Shown piece after piece: positions 30,519 to 40,690 of a DNA stretch of 60,190 nt (position 1 is its first letter; every line of letters begins with the position of its first letter). The stretch spans positions 1-60,190 of the forward strand of contig DATGUV010000021.1 in the NCBI GenBank assembly GCA_035301025.1, given 5' to 3'. The notes under the pieces are model-generated. The model made no database searches, was not told the origin of the DNA, and saw only the letters and a list, made by a program, of their open reading frames with translations. This DNA comes from Bacillota bacterium. GTDB taxonomy: Bacteria > Bacillota > Bacilli > Bacillales > Amphibacillaceae. The translations under genes and the position numbers were made by a program.

Positions 30519-32571
30519 AATCCTTTTCATTCATTTCAAAATAGACATCTAATACTTTTTTACCGATATTCCTACTTATTGGGTGTTGATTACTTACTTT
30601 TGCACCTAAATTCGGTACAACCACGGCAAATGCTACTTCCGGATCATCAAATGGAGCATAGCCTACTAATGTAAAGTTTTCCGTTTTGTGTAACGTTTCT
30701 GTTTCTGCTTCCCAATACTCATTTTCCGCTGTTCCGGTTTTGCCAGCAGGTTTATATGAAAGTCCATTAAATGTTCCAGATGCTGTCCCAAGAGGATCCT
30801 GATATACTTGCCAAAATCCTTGTTGTACCCTTTTAATATAGTCATCATTCATTTGAATACGGTTCAATACTTCTGTAGAAATCGAATCATAAATTGGTCC
30901 TATTTCTGTTTCATTTGGAACGGAACTTCGTACTTCTTTTAATAAATGTGGGCGTACACGATAACCATCGTTAGCAATAGTAGATACATATTGCGCCAAT
31001 TGTATCGTTGTATATGTGTCATACTGTCCTATAGCTAAGTCCATTAAGTTCCCCGGATCACCTTTTGAACCAACATACCCTATACTTTCATTTGGAAAGT
31101 CAATACCTGTTTTTACTCCTAATCCAAATTGGTTAAAATAACTTCGCATATCTTGGAATCCTGAAGAATTAAATGTGATTGTTTCCCCTTTTTTATAATT
31201 AAATTCTCCTCCCATACGCATAGCAATATGGAACATATAAACGTTTGAGGAACGCTTCAAGGCAGCTAGATCATCTAATAAACCTAAATTACTGTATGAA
31301 CCTTTAGATGGCCCACCTTTAATTTCAATTCGTTCATCATTAAACATTTGTCCAGGTTGAATTACCCCTGATTCATAACCCGATAATACTGTTGCTCCCT
31401 TTACAGAAGAACCAGGTCGATGTGCATCATATAACGATTTATATGCGTTATTTTCAAACTTCTTCGTGTCCCGGTCATATGTTTGTCCACTAATGGCGTA
31501 AATTTCTCCGGTTTTAGGATGCATCACTACTACCATTGCATCTGTTAAAAAACGATTTTCATAAGGGAACTTTTCAATTGCTGCTTTTAATTCTTCTTGA
31601 ACAATCTCATCGACCTTTTTTTGATATTCCATATCAACAGTCAATACGAGATCTTTTCCTCGTTCACCAGGAACGAGCACTTCTGTTCCAACAACTTTAC
31701 CACTATTCGTTGTCGTATATTCAACTTGTTCTTTTCTACCTTTTAGTAAATCTTCATAATATAATTCTAATCCACTCTTCCCGACACGATCATTCCTACT
31801 GTATCCTCTTGTTAAATAATACTGTTCATTTTCTGCTGGAATTCCTTGTTTTTGAGATGTAATGGATCCAAAGAATGGTTTAAAGGTATCTTTATATGGA
31901 TACACACGTTCCCAATCTGTTGTTGCATTTACACCAGGAAGTGCATCTAGATGTTCAGAAACTTGTGCGTATTCTTCTTGTGTTACTCCTTCATTTTTTA
32001 CAATTTGTGGTGATAGAGCATATGCTTTATCAAACTCTCTTTTAATAGCAATAATTTCAAAATCTTTATCTGTTAACGAATCTAATTCATCATCAGTTAT
32101 TTTATCTAATGCAATTTGATACTGTTCTGAATCATCATTGTCTTCTTTTTCTTTATCAGTCACTCGTTCAATAGCTTTGTCTTTGTTATTTAAATACCAG
32201 TATTCTCTTTTGTTTCGGTCGGATATTTTCGGTAATTCATCCATATCGAGCGTTATAAACTCAGATAACTTTTCAGCAACCTCTAGCTTTTTTTCCTCCT
32301 GAATTCCTTTTGGAGGTGTGTATGTTATTGAATAAAGAGGCTTATTATCCACGACAACATTGTGATTCCGATCATATATGATTCCTCTTGGTACTGGATT
32401 TTTAGTAATATCTTGTATCGTAGCATCAATCACTTGCTGGTAAGATTCACCCTTTAATATCTGCACAAATCCAAGTTGTAATATGAGTAAAAAAAACATA
32501 AAAAAAACAACGAGAAATAGTATATTTAATCGAAATGGAAGTTGGGCTTTGTTTTTCTTTTTCTTCATCAT
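30517..32571 (-). CDS. pbpA: Class B penicillin-binding protein 2A
   Basis: PRG.IYDRN, GSSVK (SxxK), SSN, KTGTAE. Confidence 0.92.
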   Translation of the reverse strand: MMKKKKNKAQLPFRLNILFLVVFFMFFLLILQLGFVQILKGESYQQVIDATIQDITKNPVPRGIIYDRNHNVVVDNKPLYSITYTPPKGIQEEKKLEVAEKLSEFITLDMDELPKISDRNKREYWYLNNKDKAIERVTDKEKEDNDDSEQYQIALDKITDDELDSLTDKDFEIIAIKREFDKAYALSPQIVKNEGVTQEEYAQVSEHLDALPGVNATTDWERVYPYKDTFKPFFGSITSQKQGIPAENEQYYLTRGYSRNDRVGKSGLELYYEDLLKGRKEQVEYTTTNSGKVVGTEVLVPGERGKDLVLTVDMEYQKKVDEIVQEELKAAIEKFPYENRFLTDAMVVVMHPKTGEIYAISGQTYDRDTKKFENNAYKSLYDAHRPGSSVKGATVLSGYESGVIQPGQMFNDERIEIKGGPSKGSYSNLGLLDDLAALKRSSNVYMFHIAMRMGGEFNYKKGETITFNSSGFQDMRSYFNQFGLGVKTGIDFPNESIGYVGSKGDPGNLMDLAIGQYDTYTTIQLAQYVSTIANDGYRVRPHLLKEVRSSVPNETEIGPIYDSISTEVLNRIQMNDDYIKRVQQGFWQVYQDPLGTASGTFNGLSYKPAGKTGTAENEYWEAETETLHKTENFTLVGYAPFDDPEVAFAVVVPNLGAKVSNQHPISRNIGKKVLDVYFEMNEKD

Positions 32572-32656
32572 TTTCCTCCCATAATATACGAATGATATAT
32601 TTGATTATAGCATTTATAATAGGTTTGTGTAATTGATTTGCAGAAATTTATCAGTC

Positions 32657-32773
32657 GAATGAATGTCATAATGACCAAAAATAGCTACCTTATTAGCACA
32701 TGTAATTTCGAAGGATTTAACGGAATTTCATGTGCTAGTGAGGTAGCATAAAATACGTATAATGAAATTCATT
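32657..32773 (+). repeat. Copy 3 of palindromic element
   Basis: GAATGAATGTCATAATGACCAAAAATAGCTACC...GGTAGCATAAAATACGTATAATGAAATTCATT. Confidence 0.92.
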
Positions 32774-32843
32774 ACGTGCTGTAAGAAAAGTAATCGTTCA
32801 ATTCTTCACAATACCTGCAGGGGATTCACGGAAGTTATTCTGA

Positions 32844-32898
32844 ATAAAGTGGAACTTCATTCAGTGGGGGTATTGACTCACCATTCACGCGTGATAAA
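32844..32898. mobile_element. Internally deleted bcr1-like element
   Basis: ATAAAGTGGAACTTCATTCAGTGGGGG...GCGTGATAAA bounded by ATAAA direct repeats; ends resemble recalled B. cereus-group bcr1 termini. Confidence 0.6.
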
Positions 32899-32966
32899 TT
32901 GACAAGAAATAATTTGTGGAAAGTGTATGTATACAGTTAAGGTTTTTGATTTGTATGTTGTCATAA

Positions 32967-32997
32967 GAAAAGACGTGGGTTGTGGTCCACGTCTTTT
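32967..32997 (-). terminator. Terminator of sodA
   Basis: AAAAGACGTGG...CCACGTCTTTT. Confidence 0.8.
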
Positions 32998-33006
32998 ATG
33001 TTTTCA

Positions 33007-33618
33007 TTATTTAGCATTTTCATAATTACTGGAAACTTCATCCCAGTTTACAACGTTCCAAAATGCTCCTGCATATTCTGGACGTCTATTTTGATATTTA
33101 AGGTAGTATGCGTGCTCCCACACATCAAGTCCTAATAATGGAGTTTGACCTTCCATAATTGGTGAATCTTGATTTGGAGTGCTTGTTACTTTAACGTCTC
33201 CATTATCAAGTACAAGCCATGCCCAACCGGAACCGAAACGAGTAGCAGCAGCTGCTTCAAATTTTTCTTTGAATGCATCAAAGCTACCAAATGCAGCATC
33301 AATTTTTTCTGCTAGTTCTCCTTTTGGAGCACCACCACCATTTGGAGATAATGTTTTCCAAAATAGGCTATGGTTCGCATGTCCTCCACCATTGTTACGA
33401 ACAGCAGTACGAATTGCTTCTGGAAGTGCATCTAAGTCTTTAATCAGATCTTCAAGTGACTTATCTTGTAACGCAGGGTGATCTTCTAAAGCACCATTTA
33501 AATTTGTTACATACGTATTGTGGTGTTTCGTATGATGGATATTCATTGTTTCTTTATCGATTGTTGGTTCTAATGCATCATACGCGTACGGTAATTCTGG
33601 TAATGTAAATTGTGCCAT
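33007..33618 (-). CDS. sodA: Mn superoxide dismutase
   Basis: [31 protein letters not shown]. Confidence 0.97.
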   Translation of the reverse strand: MAQFTLPELPYAYDALEPTIDKETMNIHHTKHHNTYVTNLNGALEDHPALQDKSLEDLIKDLDALPEAIRTAVRNNGGGHANHSLFWKTLSPNGGGAPKGELAEKIDAAFGSFDAFKEKFEAAAATRFGSGWAWLVLDNGDVKVTSTPNQDSPIMEGQTPLLGLDVWEHAYYLKYQNRRPEYAGAFWNVVNWDEVSSNYENAK

Positions 33619-33793
33619 AATTTGTTTCCTCCCTTAAATAATCAATAATTGTGAACCATTACTTTCAATTCTAAGATTAACAAAGCTTTCCAACCTATGC
33701 AAATATTACGCTTATTTCCTTTAAATCTTACCTGTTTTAAGTACTGTTTACACAAATACAAACAAAAAAAGCCTATCCGGCTTATTATATCAA

Positions 33794-33869
33794 TGGTGGC
33801 TCAGGACGGAATCGAACCGCCGACACAAGGATTTTCAGTCCTTTGCTCTACCGACTGAGCTACTGAGCC
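33794..33869 (-). tRNA. tRNA-Phe(GAA)
   Basis: GGCTCAGTAGCTCAGTCGGTAGAGC...CT-GAA-AA...GGTTCGATTCC...ACCA. Confidence 0.96.
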
Positions 33870-33890
33870 ACTTTATGTATACATTAAAAA

Positions 33891-33983
33891 TGGAGGAGGA
33901 AGAGGGATTCGAACCCCCGCGGGCTTTGACACCCCTTTCGGTTTTCAAGACCGACCCCTTCAACCAGACTTGGGTATTCCTCC
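33891..33983 (-). tRNA. tRNA-Ser(TGA)
   Basis: GGAGGAATACCCAAGTCTGG...CT-TGA-AA, long variable arm, encoded CCA. Confidence 0.95.
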
Positions 33984-33991
33984 ACATTAAA

Positions 33992-34068
<77 letters not shown>

Positions 34069-34077
34069 TTGATCATA

Positions 34078-34154
34078 TGGTAGCGGCAGAGGGGATCGAA
34101 CCCCCGACCTTTCGGGTATGAACCGAACGCTCTCGCCAGCTGAGCTACGCCGCC
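34078..34154 (-). tRNA. tRNA-Met(CAT), elongator
   Basis: GGCGGCGTAGCTCAGCTGG...TT-CAT-AC...GCCGCTACCA. Confidence 0.92.
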
Positions 34155-34158
34155 ATTA

Positions 34159-34233
34159 TGGCTCCACAGGTAGGATTCGAACCTACGACCGATCGGTTAA
34201 CAGCCGATTGCTCTACCACTGAGCTACTGTGGA
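34159..34233 (-). tRNA. tRNA-Asn(GTT)
   Basis: TCCACAGTAGCTCAGTGGTAGAGC...CT-GTT-AA...GGAGCCA. Confidence 0.96.
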
Positions 34234-34336
34234 ATATTCATAGGATATTTCCAAGAAGTGTTCAACATCACTAGTAAGTCTCACTTTTAAGTAACTATTG
34301 AGCACACTTCTTGAAAATATATTATATGTTTATATC

Positions 34337-34452
34337 TGAACGAATTTCATAATTTCTGAAATTAGCTATTTGTCTACAACATGGATTTAAATCGTCTGAA
34401 CGGTACTACATGTTGTAGTAAAGTAGCATAAAATACGGATTATAAAATTCAT
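34337..34452 (+). repeat. Copy 4 of palindromic element
   Basis: TGAACGAATTTCATAAT...CTACAACATG...CATGTTGTAG...GTAGCATAAAATACGGATTATAAAATTCAT. Confidence 0.9.
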
Positions 34453-34492
34453 GTATCTATGTATTACTTATTTGAAATGAGTGACAAAGAAC

Positions 34493-34521
34493 AATATACC
34501 ACCGATTATAATGTTTGTCAA
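34493..34521 (-). promoter_or_regulatory. Sigma-A promoter of the tRNA cluster
   Basis: TTGACA-N17-TATATT with TG extension, AT-rich upstream. Confidence 0.8.
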
Positions 34522-34628
34522 AAGAATTTTATTAGAATCAGTCGTATTTTTCACAGCGACATTAGTAACAATACCATAGATGTTTTTTTTATTCAACAAA
34601 ATTTATTTACTTTTATAGGAAGGATTCT

Positions 34629-36260
34629 TTATACTCTCTCGCCCAGCACTTCCTCAGCGATATTTACTGCATGGTCTCCTATACGTTCTAAATTACTTAC
34701 CATATCAACAAATATGATTCCTGCTGAAGGAACACACATTCCTTCATTCATACGGATAATATGATTTTTACGATACTTTCTTTCCATTTCGTCAATTTCA
34801 TCTTCTTTTTTAACAACCGCTAAAGCTGCTTCACGGTCCATATTATCTAAAGCCTTAACAGCTTGTTTTACTGTTAAAATAACAAGATCAAACATACTAT
34901 TTAAATCATTTCTTGCTTGTTCAGTTAAATCAACTTTACTAGAGATTTTGAATTCAATCAGTTCAATTAAGTTTTCAAAGTGATCCCCAATACGCTCAAT
35001 ATCCCGTACTGAATCCATTAAAGCTGTATGTTTTGCACTATCTTGTTCAGAGATTGTACTACTTGATATATTTACTAGATAATTGGTAATCTCACGGTCT
35101 AAGTTATTAATTGCACCTTCAATTTGCAGGCCTAAATCTGCATGTTTTTGATTCTTTGTAATTAAAAACAAGTTCGTCTCTTCAAGTCCCTGAGATGCAT
35201 ATTCTCCCATACGAATCACTTCAGATTTCGCTTGTGACAATGCCAGTGTCGGAGACTGTTGTATGAAAATTGGATCAAGATGTTTTGCTTTATATTCAAT
35301 CGTCACATCTTCACCTGGAATGAGCTTCGTGACAATCCATGCAAGAACTGCAATGAACGGAAATTGAATAATGGTATTTAAAATATTAAAACTTCCGTGT
35401 CCAAAGGCAATAGTCATTTTCTCATTTAAATCAAAGAAGTTTTGTAAGAATTCAACGAAATTCGTAAACACTCCTAAAAATGATAGGAAAATTGCTGCAC
35501 CAATTAAGTTAAAAATAACGTGTGTAAAGGCAGCTCTTTTTGCTGCAACAGATGCTCCGATAGAAGCAAGAATTGCAGTAATTGTTGTCCCTATGTTATC
35601 CCCAAACAACACAGGTAATGCGGCTTGTAAATTAATGGCACCTTCGGAAAATAATTGTTGCAATATCCCAATAGTTGCACTTGAACTTTGAACAATTAAA
35701 GTAAACACTGTACCAATGACAACACCTAAAACAGGATCATCACTCATGCGAATTGTAAGCTCATGAAACGCTTCTAAACTACGCAACGGGGCCATTCCAT
35801 TACTCATTAACGTTAACCCAAAAAATAATGCTCCAAATCCGAATACTACTTGTCCAATAGCATTCACTTTTTGATTGCTAAAAAAGAATAATAAGAAACA
35901 TCCTACAGCTAAAATAGGTAATGCATATTCACCTACGTTAAATCCGATGATAAACGCTGTTACAGTCGTACCAATATTCGCTCCCATTATAACACCAATT
36001 GCTTGTCTAAGTGTCATAAATCCAGAATTTACAAGTCCCACAGTTAGAACAGTTGTCCCAGAACTACTCTGAATTAAAATTGTAACTATAATACCTGCCA
36101 GTACACCTAAAAACGGGTTACTTGTAAAACGGTCTAAAATATCTCTTAATCGATCTCCCGCGGATTTTTGTAACCCTTCTCCCATAAATTTAATTCCGAG
36201 TAAAAAGATTCCTAATCCACCAATAAACTCAAATATGAGTTTCTGAACATCAATATCCAA
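34629..36260 (-). CDS. yqeW: Na+/phosphate cotransporter with PhoU-like domains
   Basis: QSSS repeats, GANIGTT/GDNIGTT, two ERIGDH motifs. Confidence 0.9.
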   Translation of the reverse strand: MDIDVQKLIFEFIGGLGIFLLGIKFMGEGLQKSAGDRLRDILDRFTSNPFLGVLAGIIVTILIQSSSGTTVLTVGLVNSGFMTLRQAIGVIMGANIGTTVTAFIIGFNVGEYALPILAVGCFLLFFFSNQKVNAIGQVVFGFGALFFGLTLMSNGMAPLRSLEAFHELTIRMSDDPVLGVVIGTVFTLIVQSSSATIGILQQLFSEGAINLQAALPVLFGDNIGTTITAILASIGASVAAKRAAFTHVIFNLIGAAIFLSFLGVFTNFVEFLQNFFDLNEKMTIAFGHGSFNILNTIIQFPFIAVLAWIVTKLIPGEDVTIEYKAKHLDPIFIQQSPTLALSQAKSEVIRMGEYASQGLEETNLFLITKNQKHADLGLQIEGAINNLDREITNYLVNISSSTISEQDSAKHTALMDSVRDIERIGDHFENLIELIEFKISSKVDLTEQARNDLNSMFDLVILTVKQAVKALDNMDREAALAVVKKEDEIDEMERKYRKNHIIRMNEGMCVPSAGIIFVDMVSNLERIGDHAVNIAEEVLGERV

Positions 36261-36435
36261 AGGTGCTCCATCCCTTCGTACATGTAAATTTATTCATTGT
36301 TGCATATATCTTTATTATTCGTTGAAATCGATATAATGTAAAGGAAGTTTTCATTTTTTTACATTAAATTTACAATTCTTTGTACAAATGATGTGGAGAG
36401 TCATTGTAAAAAATCTTATTTTTTATGAACAGATT

Positions 36436-37068
36436 TTATTCAGTTACTTCTTCTACTAAAATTTTTGTCCCATCTACTTGAACAACGGTAATATTCGTAT
36501 CTCTTGTAACCCATTGACCGTTCGTAACAGCACTATAATCTTGTCCTTCTATTCGAACAGTTCCAACAGGGCGTAAATCGTTTAGTGTAACACCATTCTT
36601 TCCAATCAATTGCTCATAATCTTGATTCATGGAAATATAGCCTAATTCTTTCGTCAATTGATCCTTTAATGCTAATTTAGACCACATGTCTCTCTGTTTA
36701 AATGCTTTTAAGAATAAAAAGGATGCTCCACCACCTAAAATTACACCAATCACAGCATATAGACCGGCAAATACGTTATCAGCTGCTATTCCTACAGCCA
36801 ACAACATGCTAGCAGCTCCTAATGTTGCCAATGTGCCATCGTTTACAACTTTTCCGTCAATGATGATCAATATAATTCCGATAATATAAATGGCAATAAT
36901 CAAGCCTAATGAACTTGGTTCCATGTAGACTGTAAAATAAATCGTCATAAACCCAACACCAAGTAATCCAAATATTCCTCGAGCATTTACTAAAATTTCT
37001 CCAAATAAAAATAACGTTCCTAATCCTGTAATGACTAATCCAATCCATTCGAGTTCTAATATACCCAT
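36436..37068 (-). CDS. NfeD-family membrane protein
   Basis: TM segments then OB-fold motif DLRPVG...VQVDG. Confidence 0.85.
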   Translation of the reverse strand: MGILELEWIGLVITGLGTLFLFGEILVNARGIFGLLGVGFMTIYFTVYMEPSSLGLIIAIYIIGIILIIIDGKVVNDGTLATLGAASMLLAVGIAADNVFAGLYAVIGVILGGGASFLFLKAFKQRDMWSKLALKDQLTKELGYISMNQDYEQLIGKNGVTLNDLRPVGTVRIEGQDYSAVTNGQWVTRDTNITVVQVDGTKILVEEVTE

Positions 37069-37128
37069 AATTCATCCCCCCTAGACATATATATACGAGA
37101 CAACATCCATAAATGTTTCAAAAAGGAA

Positions 37129-37461
37129 GTGATTGAATTGTCTCGTGCAAGTAAGTGGGCTATGTATATGTTGTTTTTTCTGATGATTATTAGTGTATAC
37201 AATGATCTTTCACAAGGAGAGCAACCGTCATCATCTACCCATAATTCCCATGCAACAGATAATGAAAAAATATTAGTCGTAAAACGTACCATTCAACGAG
37301 GTGATACGTTGCTTTCCATTATGGAAGAAATACATGCACGCAATGGATTCCCTTGGCGAATGGACCAAGTTGTCCATGATTTTAAATGGATCAACGATGG
37401 ACAAGATCCTTATGAATTAACAGAACAACAAACATATTATTTCCCATTATATATGGATTAA
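37129..37461 (+). CDS. YqfZ-like small exported LysM-like protein
   Basis: YNDL..G, IQRGDTLLSI, DF..IN, YYFPLY; synteny. Confidence 0.7.
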   Translation: MIELSRASKWAMYMLFFLMIISVYNDLSQGEQPSSSTHNSHATDNEKILVVKRTIQRGDTLLSIMEEIHARNGFPWRMDQVVHDFKWINDGQDPYELTEQQTYYFPLYMD

Positions 37462-37501
37462 CACCATTATAACATGAGAAGGCTGAAAGTGTCTGATTAC
37501 A

Positions 37502-37539
37502 ATTCAAGCTGGAATGCAAATTGCATTCCAGCTTGAATC
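37502..37539. terminator. Hairpin between convergent genes
   Basis: ATTCAAGCTGGAATGCAA-a-TTGCATTCCAGCTTGAAT. Confidence 0.7.
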
Positions 37540-37544
37540 ATACA

Positions 37545-37952
37545 CTAAAAAATCATAGGTCGAATAAATAAAAAGTACGCAAAAGATATGATACTAATGA
37601 CAATTGCCGTGTTCCCTAATGTGCGTGCTCGTTTTGTTCGACTAATGACACCTAAAATAACTCCTGCAGCTGCCATAATTAGTGGCATAATGAAAAATGA
37701 AGCGATGGAAAGAATTACAGCAATCCATCCAGTAATTTGATATGATTGTTCATTACGATCTTTGGTATCTACATCTTCTTCATCCAGTGTGCCATCATAG
37801 GTCATATCAGCACTAAACTCCTCATCCCACGTATGGTCTGGAACGTTTTTACGATATCCTTTTAAATGTGGATCAATTAATGATGAATCCTCATCCATAT
37901 CTTCGTCTACTTGTTGGGTATTTTTATCTCTCCAATCATCCACAGACATCAT
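37545..37952 (-). CDS. yqfX: YqfX-like (DUF4190) membrane protein
   Basis: Acidic N-terminus EEFSAD, C-terminal TM hairpins; exact start uncertain. Confidence 0.7.
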   Translation of the reverse strand: MMSVDDWRDKNTQQVDEDMDEDSSLIDPHLKGYRKNVPDHTWDEEFSADMTYDGTLDEEDVDTKDRNEQSYQITGWIAVILSIASFFIMPLIMAAAGVILGVISRTKRARTLGNTAIVISIISFAYFLFIRPMIF

Positions 37953-38091
37953 CCTCCCTTCAGTCTTAAGGCTTGACATCTATAGTGTATGGAGATTAAT
38001 CTATTCTTATAAAGGTACATTATGGAATGAAAAAGGTGTGAAACTTTTTAACGTATGAGGCATACAATGGAGATATAGTGAAAAAGGAGTT

Positions 38092-38385
38092 ATGTATATG
38101 TCTTTTTTTATGAAACACTTAATTCGGAAACGGCTTAAAAATCTTTCTGTGGCAACCATTTTACAATATGCACATACTTATGAATTCTCTATTGACACTT
38201 CAGAAGCAAAACAAATTAAAGAAATTCTTCAAACTACGGATTTCGATCCACTGTCTAAAAGTGATCATGCCTATGTGTTTCTAGAGTTGGAGAAGATTAC
38301 CAGTGAAGAAACAGCAAAAAAAGCCCGCAAATTGCTTTATCAATTGCTAGAAGAACATGGTTTTACAAAGTACTTATATGAATAA
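38092..38385 (+). CDS. yqfT: YqfT-like (DUF2624) protein
   Basis: Convergent with nfo as in B. subtilis; L..YA..Y...I, ITS.ETA. Confidence 0.75.
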   Translation: MYMSFFMKHLIRKRLKNLSVATILQYAHTYEFSIDTSEAKQIKEILQTTDFDPLSKSDHAYVFLELEKITSEETAKKARKLLYQLLEEHGFTKYLYE

Positions 38386-38420
38386 AATAAGTGACCTATT
38401 TCTAGGTCACTTATTTTATT
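38381..38420. terminator. Bidirectional terminator yqfT/nfo
   Basis: AATAAAATAAGTGACCTA-tttc-TAGGTCACTTATTTTATT. Confidence 0.85.
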
Positions 38421-39312
38421 AAGCCTTCATAATCTCATCTTTTAACGATGGATTAAATTCACCATTTTTTAGCATTTCAATTTCGAATTTATAAGGGGGT
38501 TTTTTATTCTTTTTATCTTCCCCTACAAAAGGTGTTTCTAAAATTTTTGGTAAATCTTCAAATTCTGGATGATGAACAATGTAATGTAGTGCTCGATAAC
38601 CAATGTGCCCAAATCCAATATTTTCATGACGATCTTTATGTGCACCACGCTCGTTTTTACTGTCGTTGACGTGAACTACTTTGATACGATCAATTCCGAT
38701 AATATGATCAAATTCATTTAGTACGTCATCAAAGTCATTAATAATGTCATATCCTGCATCATGAATATGACATGTGTCTAAGCAAACCGATAATTTATCA
38801 TTATGTGTGACACCATCGATGATGCGCGCTAATTCCTCAAAATTCCGTCCAATTTCAGTGCCCTTTCCTGCCATTGTTTCAAGAGCAATTTGAACCGTAT
38901 CATCTTGATCAAGCACCTCGTTTAATCCTTCAATGATTCGGTCTATACCTTTATCAACTCCCGCACCTACATGTGCACCAGGATGTAGAACAATTTGTTT
39001 AGAACCTAAAGCAGCAGTACGATCAATCTCGCTTCGTAAAAATGATACACCTAATTCAAATGTAGCCGGTTTAGTTGTGTTAGCAATATTGATAATATAA
39101 GGTGCATGAACAACGATGTCAGACATATGATGTGCTTTCATATGTTCTTTCCCAGCTTCTATATTCAATTCTTCTATTGGTTTTCTTCGAGTGTTTTGTG
39201 GAGCTCCTGTATAAATCATAAATGTATTTGATCCATAAGCAGCAGCATCTTCACTTGCTCCTAATAACATTTTCTTACCACTCATTGAAACGTGAGATCC
39301 TATTTTTAACAT
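38419..39312 (-). CDS. nfo: Endonuclease IV
   Basis: [33 protein letters not shown]. Confidence 0.96.
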   Translation of the reverse strand: MLKIGSHVSMSGKKMLLGASEDAAAYGSNTFMIYTGAPQNTRRKPIEELNIEAGKEHMKAHHMSDIVVHAPYIINIANTTKPATFELGVSFLRSEIDRTAALGSKQIVLHPGAHVGAGVDKGIDRIIEGLNEVLDQDDTVQIALETMAGKGTEIGRNFEELARIIDGVTHNDKLSVCLDTCHIHDAGYDIINDFDDVLNEFDHIIGIDRIKVVHVNDSKNERGAHKDRHENIGFGHIGYRALHYIVHHPEFEDLPKILETPFVGEDKKNKKPPYKFEIEMLKNGEFNPSLKDEIMKA

Positions 39313-39333
39313 ATTCTCCACTCCAGTACGAAC

Positions 39334-40665
39334 TTATTTCTTTTTACGATTTCTTTTTTTAGATTGGCTTTTCTTTTGTAATTGTTTTTTGTATTGTTCT
39401 TGTTGTTGTTTCATTTTTTTCTTATAACCCGGTTTCACTTTTTTTGGTTTACGGACCATCTTCCAAGCTTCTTGATCAATCGTTGTTGTTGTCTTTTTTC
39501 GTTTTGCTCGAACATCCCAGCGCTGGGCATTTACCCACTTACCATCTTTCATATCCATGTATGAAAATTCTACACCTTGCTTTTCTAGCTTTTCTATTAA
39601 TGGAATATCTTCATCCGTATAAAAACTGATCGCATCCCCTTCCATTCCTGCTCGTGCAGTTCTACCTACCCGGTGGACATAAAAGTCTTCTTCTTTCGGT
39701 AATTGAGCATTAATCACGTGACTTACACCTTCAATGTCAATTCCTCTTGAAGCTAAATCAGTTACAACCATATATTGGTAGCGTAAATCTTCAATTTCTT
39801 TTACAATGCGTTTACGTTGACGTGGGGTAAGTCCACCATGTAATATTCCAACTTCAAGGCCTCTTTCTTGCAACTTTTTAACAAGTGCATCTGCCTGTTC
39901 TTGGCCATTTGTAAATATTAACGCAACATATGGCTGAAAAATGGTAGACAGTTCCATAATCATATCCGCTTCATCTCGATGTCTTTTTGCAATGAGTCGA
40001 TGATGAATTGTTGGAGGTGATATATGCCCTTCAATTTTAATAAATACTGGTTGAGATAAGTATTTATTCAAAAACTGCTCAAGTCGAGGTGGCACAGTTG
40101 CTGAAAATGCAACTAGCTGAATATTGTTGTTTGCTTGAACGAGTAATCGATCCACTTCTTCAATAAATCCTAAATCCAACATTAAATCAGCTTCATCAAT
40201 TACAAATGATTTAGCTTGATAAATGCTTAGGCTCCCGTCTTTGACAAGATCCAAAATTCTACCAGGAGTTCCAACTATAATATGGGGAGGATTTTTTAAT
40301 CGAGCAGCCATTTTTTGTTTATCTTCGCCCCCCACAAGTAATCGAGCAATCCAAGTACCTTCTTTATCTGCATAGGATATAATCTTTCGGACTTCATTAT
40401 ATAACTGTACAGCTAACTCTCGTGTTGGTGCGGTAATTACATATTGTACCTCTCTTGCAGAGGTGTCAATTCCATTCATTAATGGCAGTAAGTATGTATG
40501 GGTTTTTCCAGACCCTGTATGGGATTGGCCAAATACACTTCTACCTTCTTTAATCGGTGGAATTGCTCGACTTTGAATTTCTGTTGGTGTTACAAATCCT
40601 AACGAATCAATTGCTCGGTTGATTTCATCAGATAAATGGAATGAAGCAAAGTCTTTTTTTGTCAT
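39334..40665 (-). CDS. cshB: DEAD-box RNA helicase
   Basis: TGSGKT, PTRELA, DEAD, SAT, HRVGRTAR, basic tail KVKPGYKKK. Confidence 0.95.
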   Translation of the reverse strand: MTKKDFASFHLSDEINRAIDSLGFVTPTEIQSRAIPPIKEGRSVFGQSHTGSGKTHTYLLPLMNGIDTSAREVQYVITAPTRELAVQLYNEVRKIISYADKEGTWIARLLVGGEDKQKMAARLKNPPHIIVGTPGRILDLVKDGSLSIYQAKSFVIDEADLMLDLGFIEEVDRLLVQANNNIQLVAFSATVPPRLEQFLNKYLSQPVFIKIEGHISPPTIHHRLIAKRHRDEADMIMELSTIFQPYVALIFTNGQEQADALVKKLQERGLEVGILHGGLTPRQRKRIVKEIEDLRYQYMVVTDLASRGIDIEGVSHVINAQLPKEEDFYVHRVGRTARAGMEGDAISFYTDEDIPLIEKLEKQGVEFSYMDMKDGKWVNAQRWDVRAKRKKTTTTIDQEAWKMVRKPKKVKPGYKKKMKQQQEQYKKQLQKKSQSKKRNRKKK

Positions 40666-40690
40666 TATGCTCACTTCTTTCGGTCCTAAA

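Noticed and set aside
33720-33794. Genomic island integrated at the tRNA cluster
   Set aside because: sodA follows directly; no integrase or duplicated tRNA 3' end
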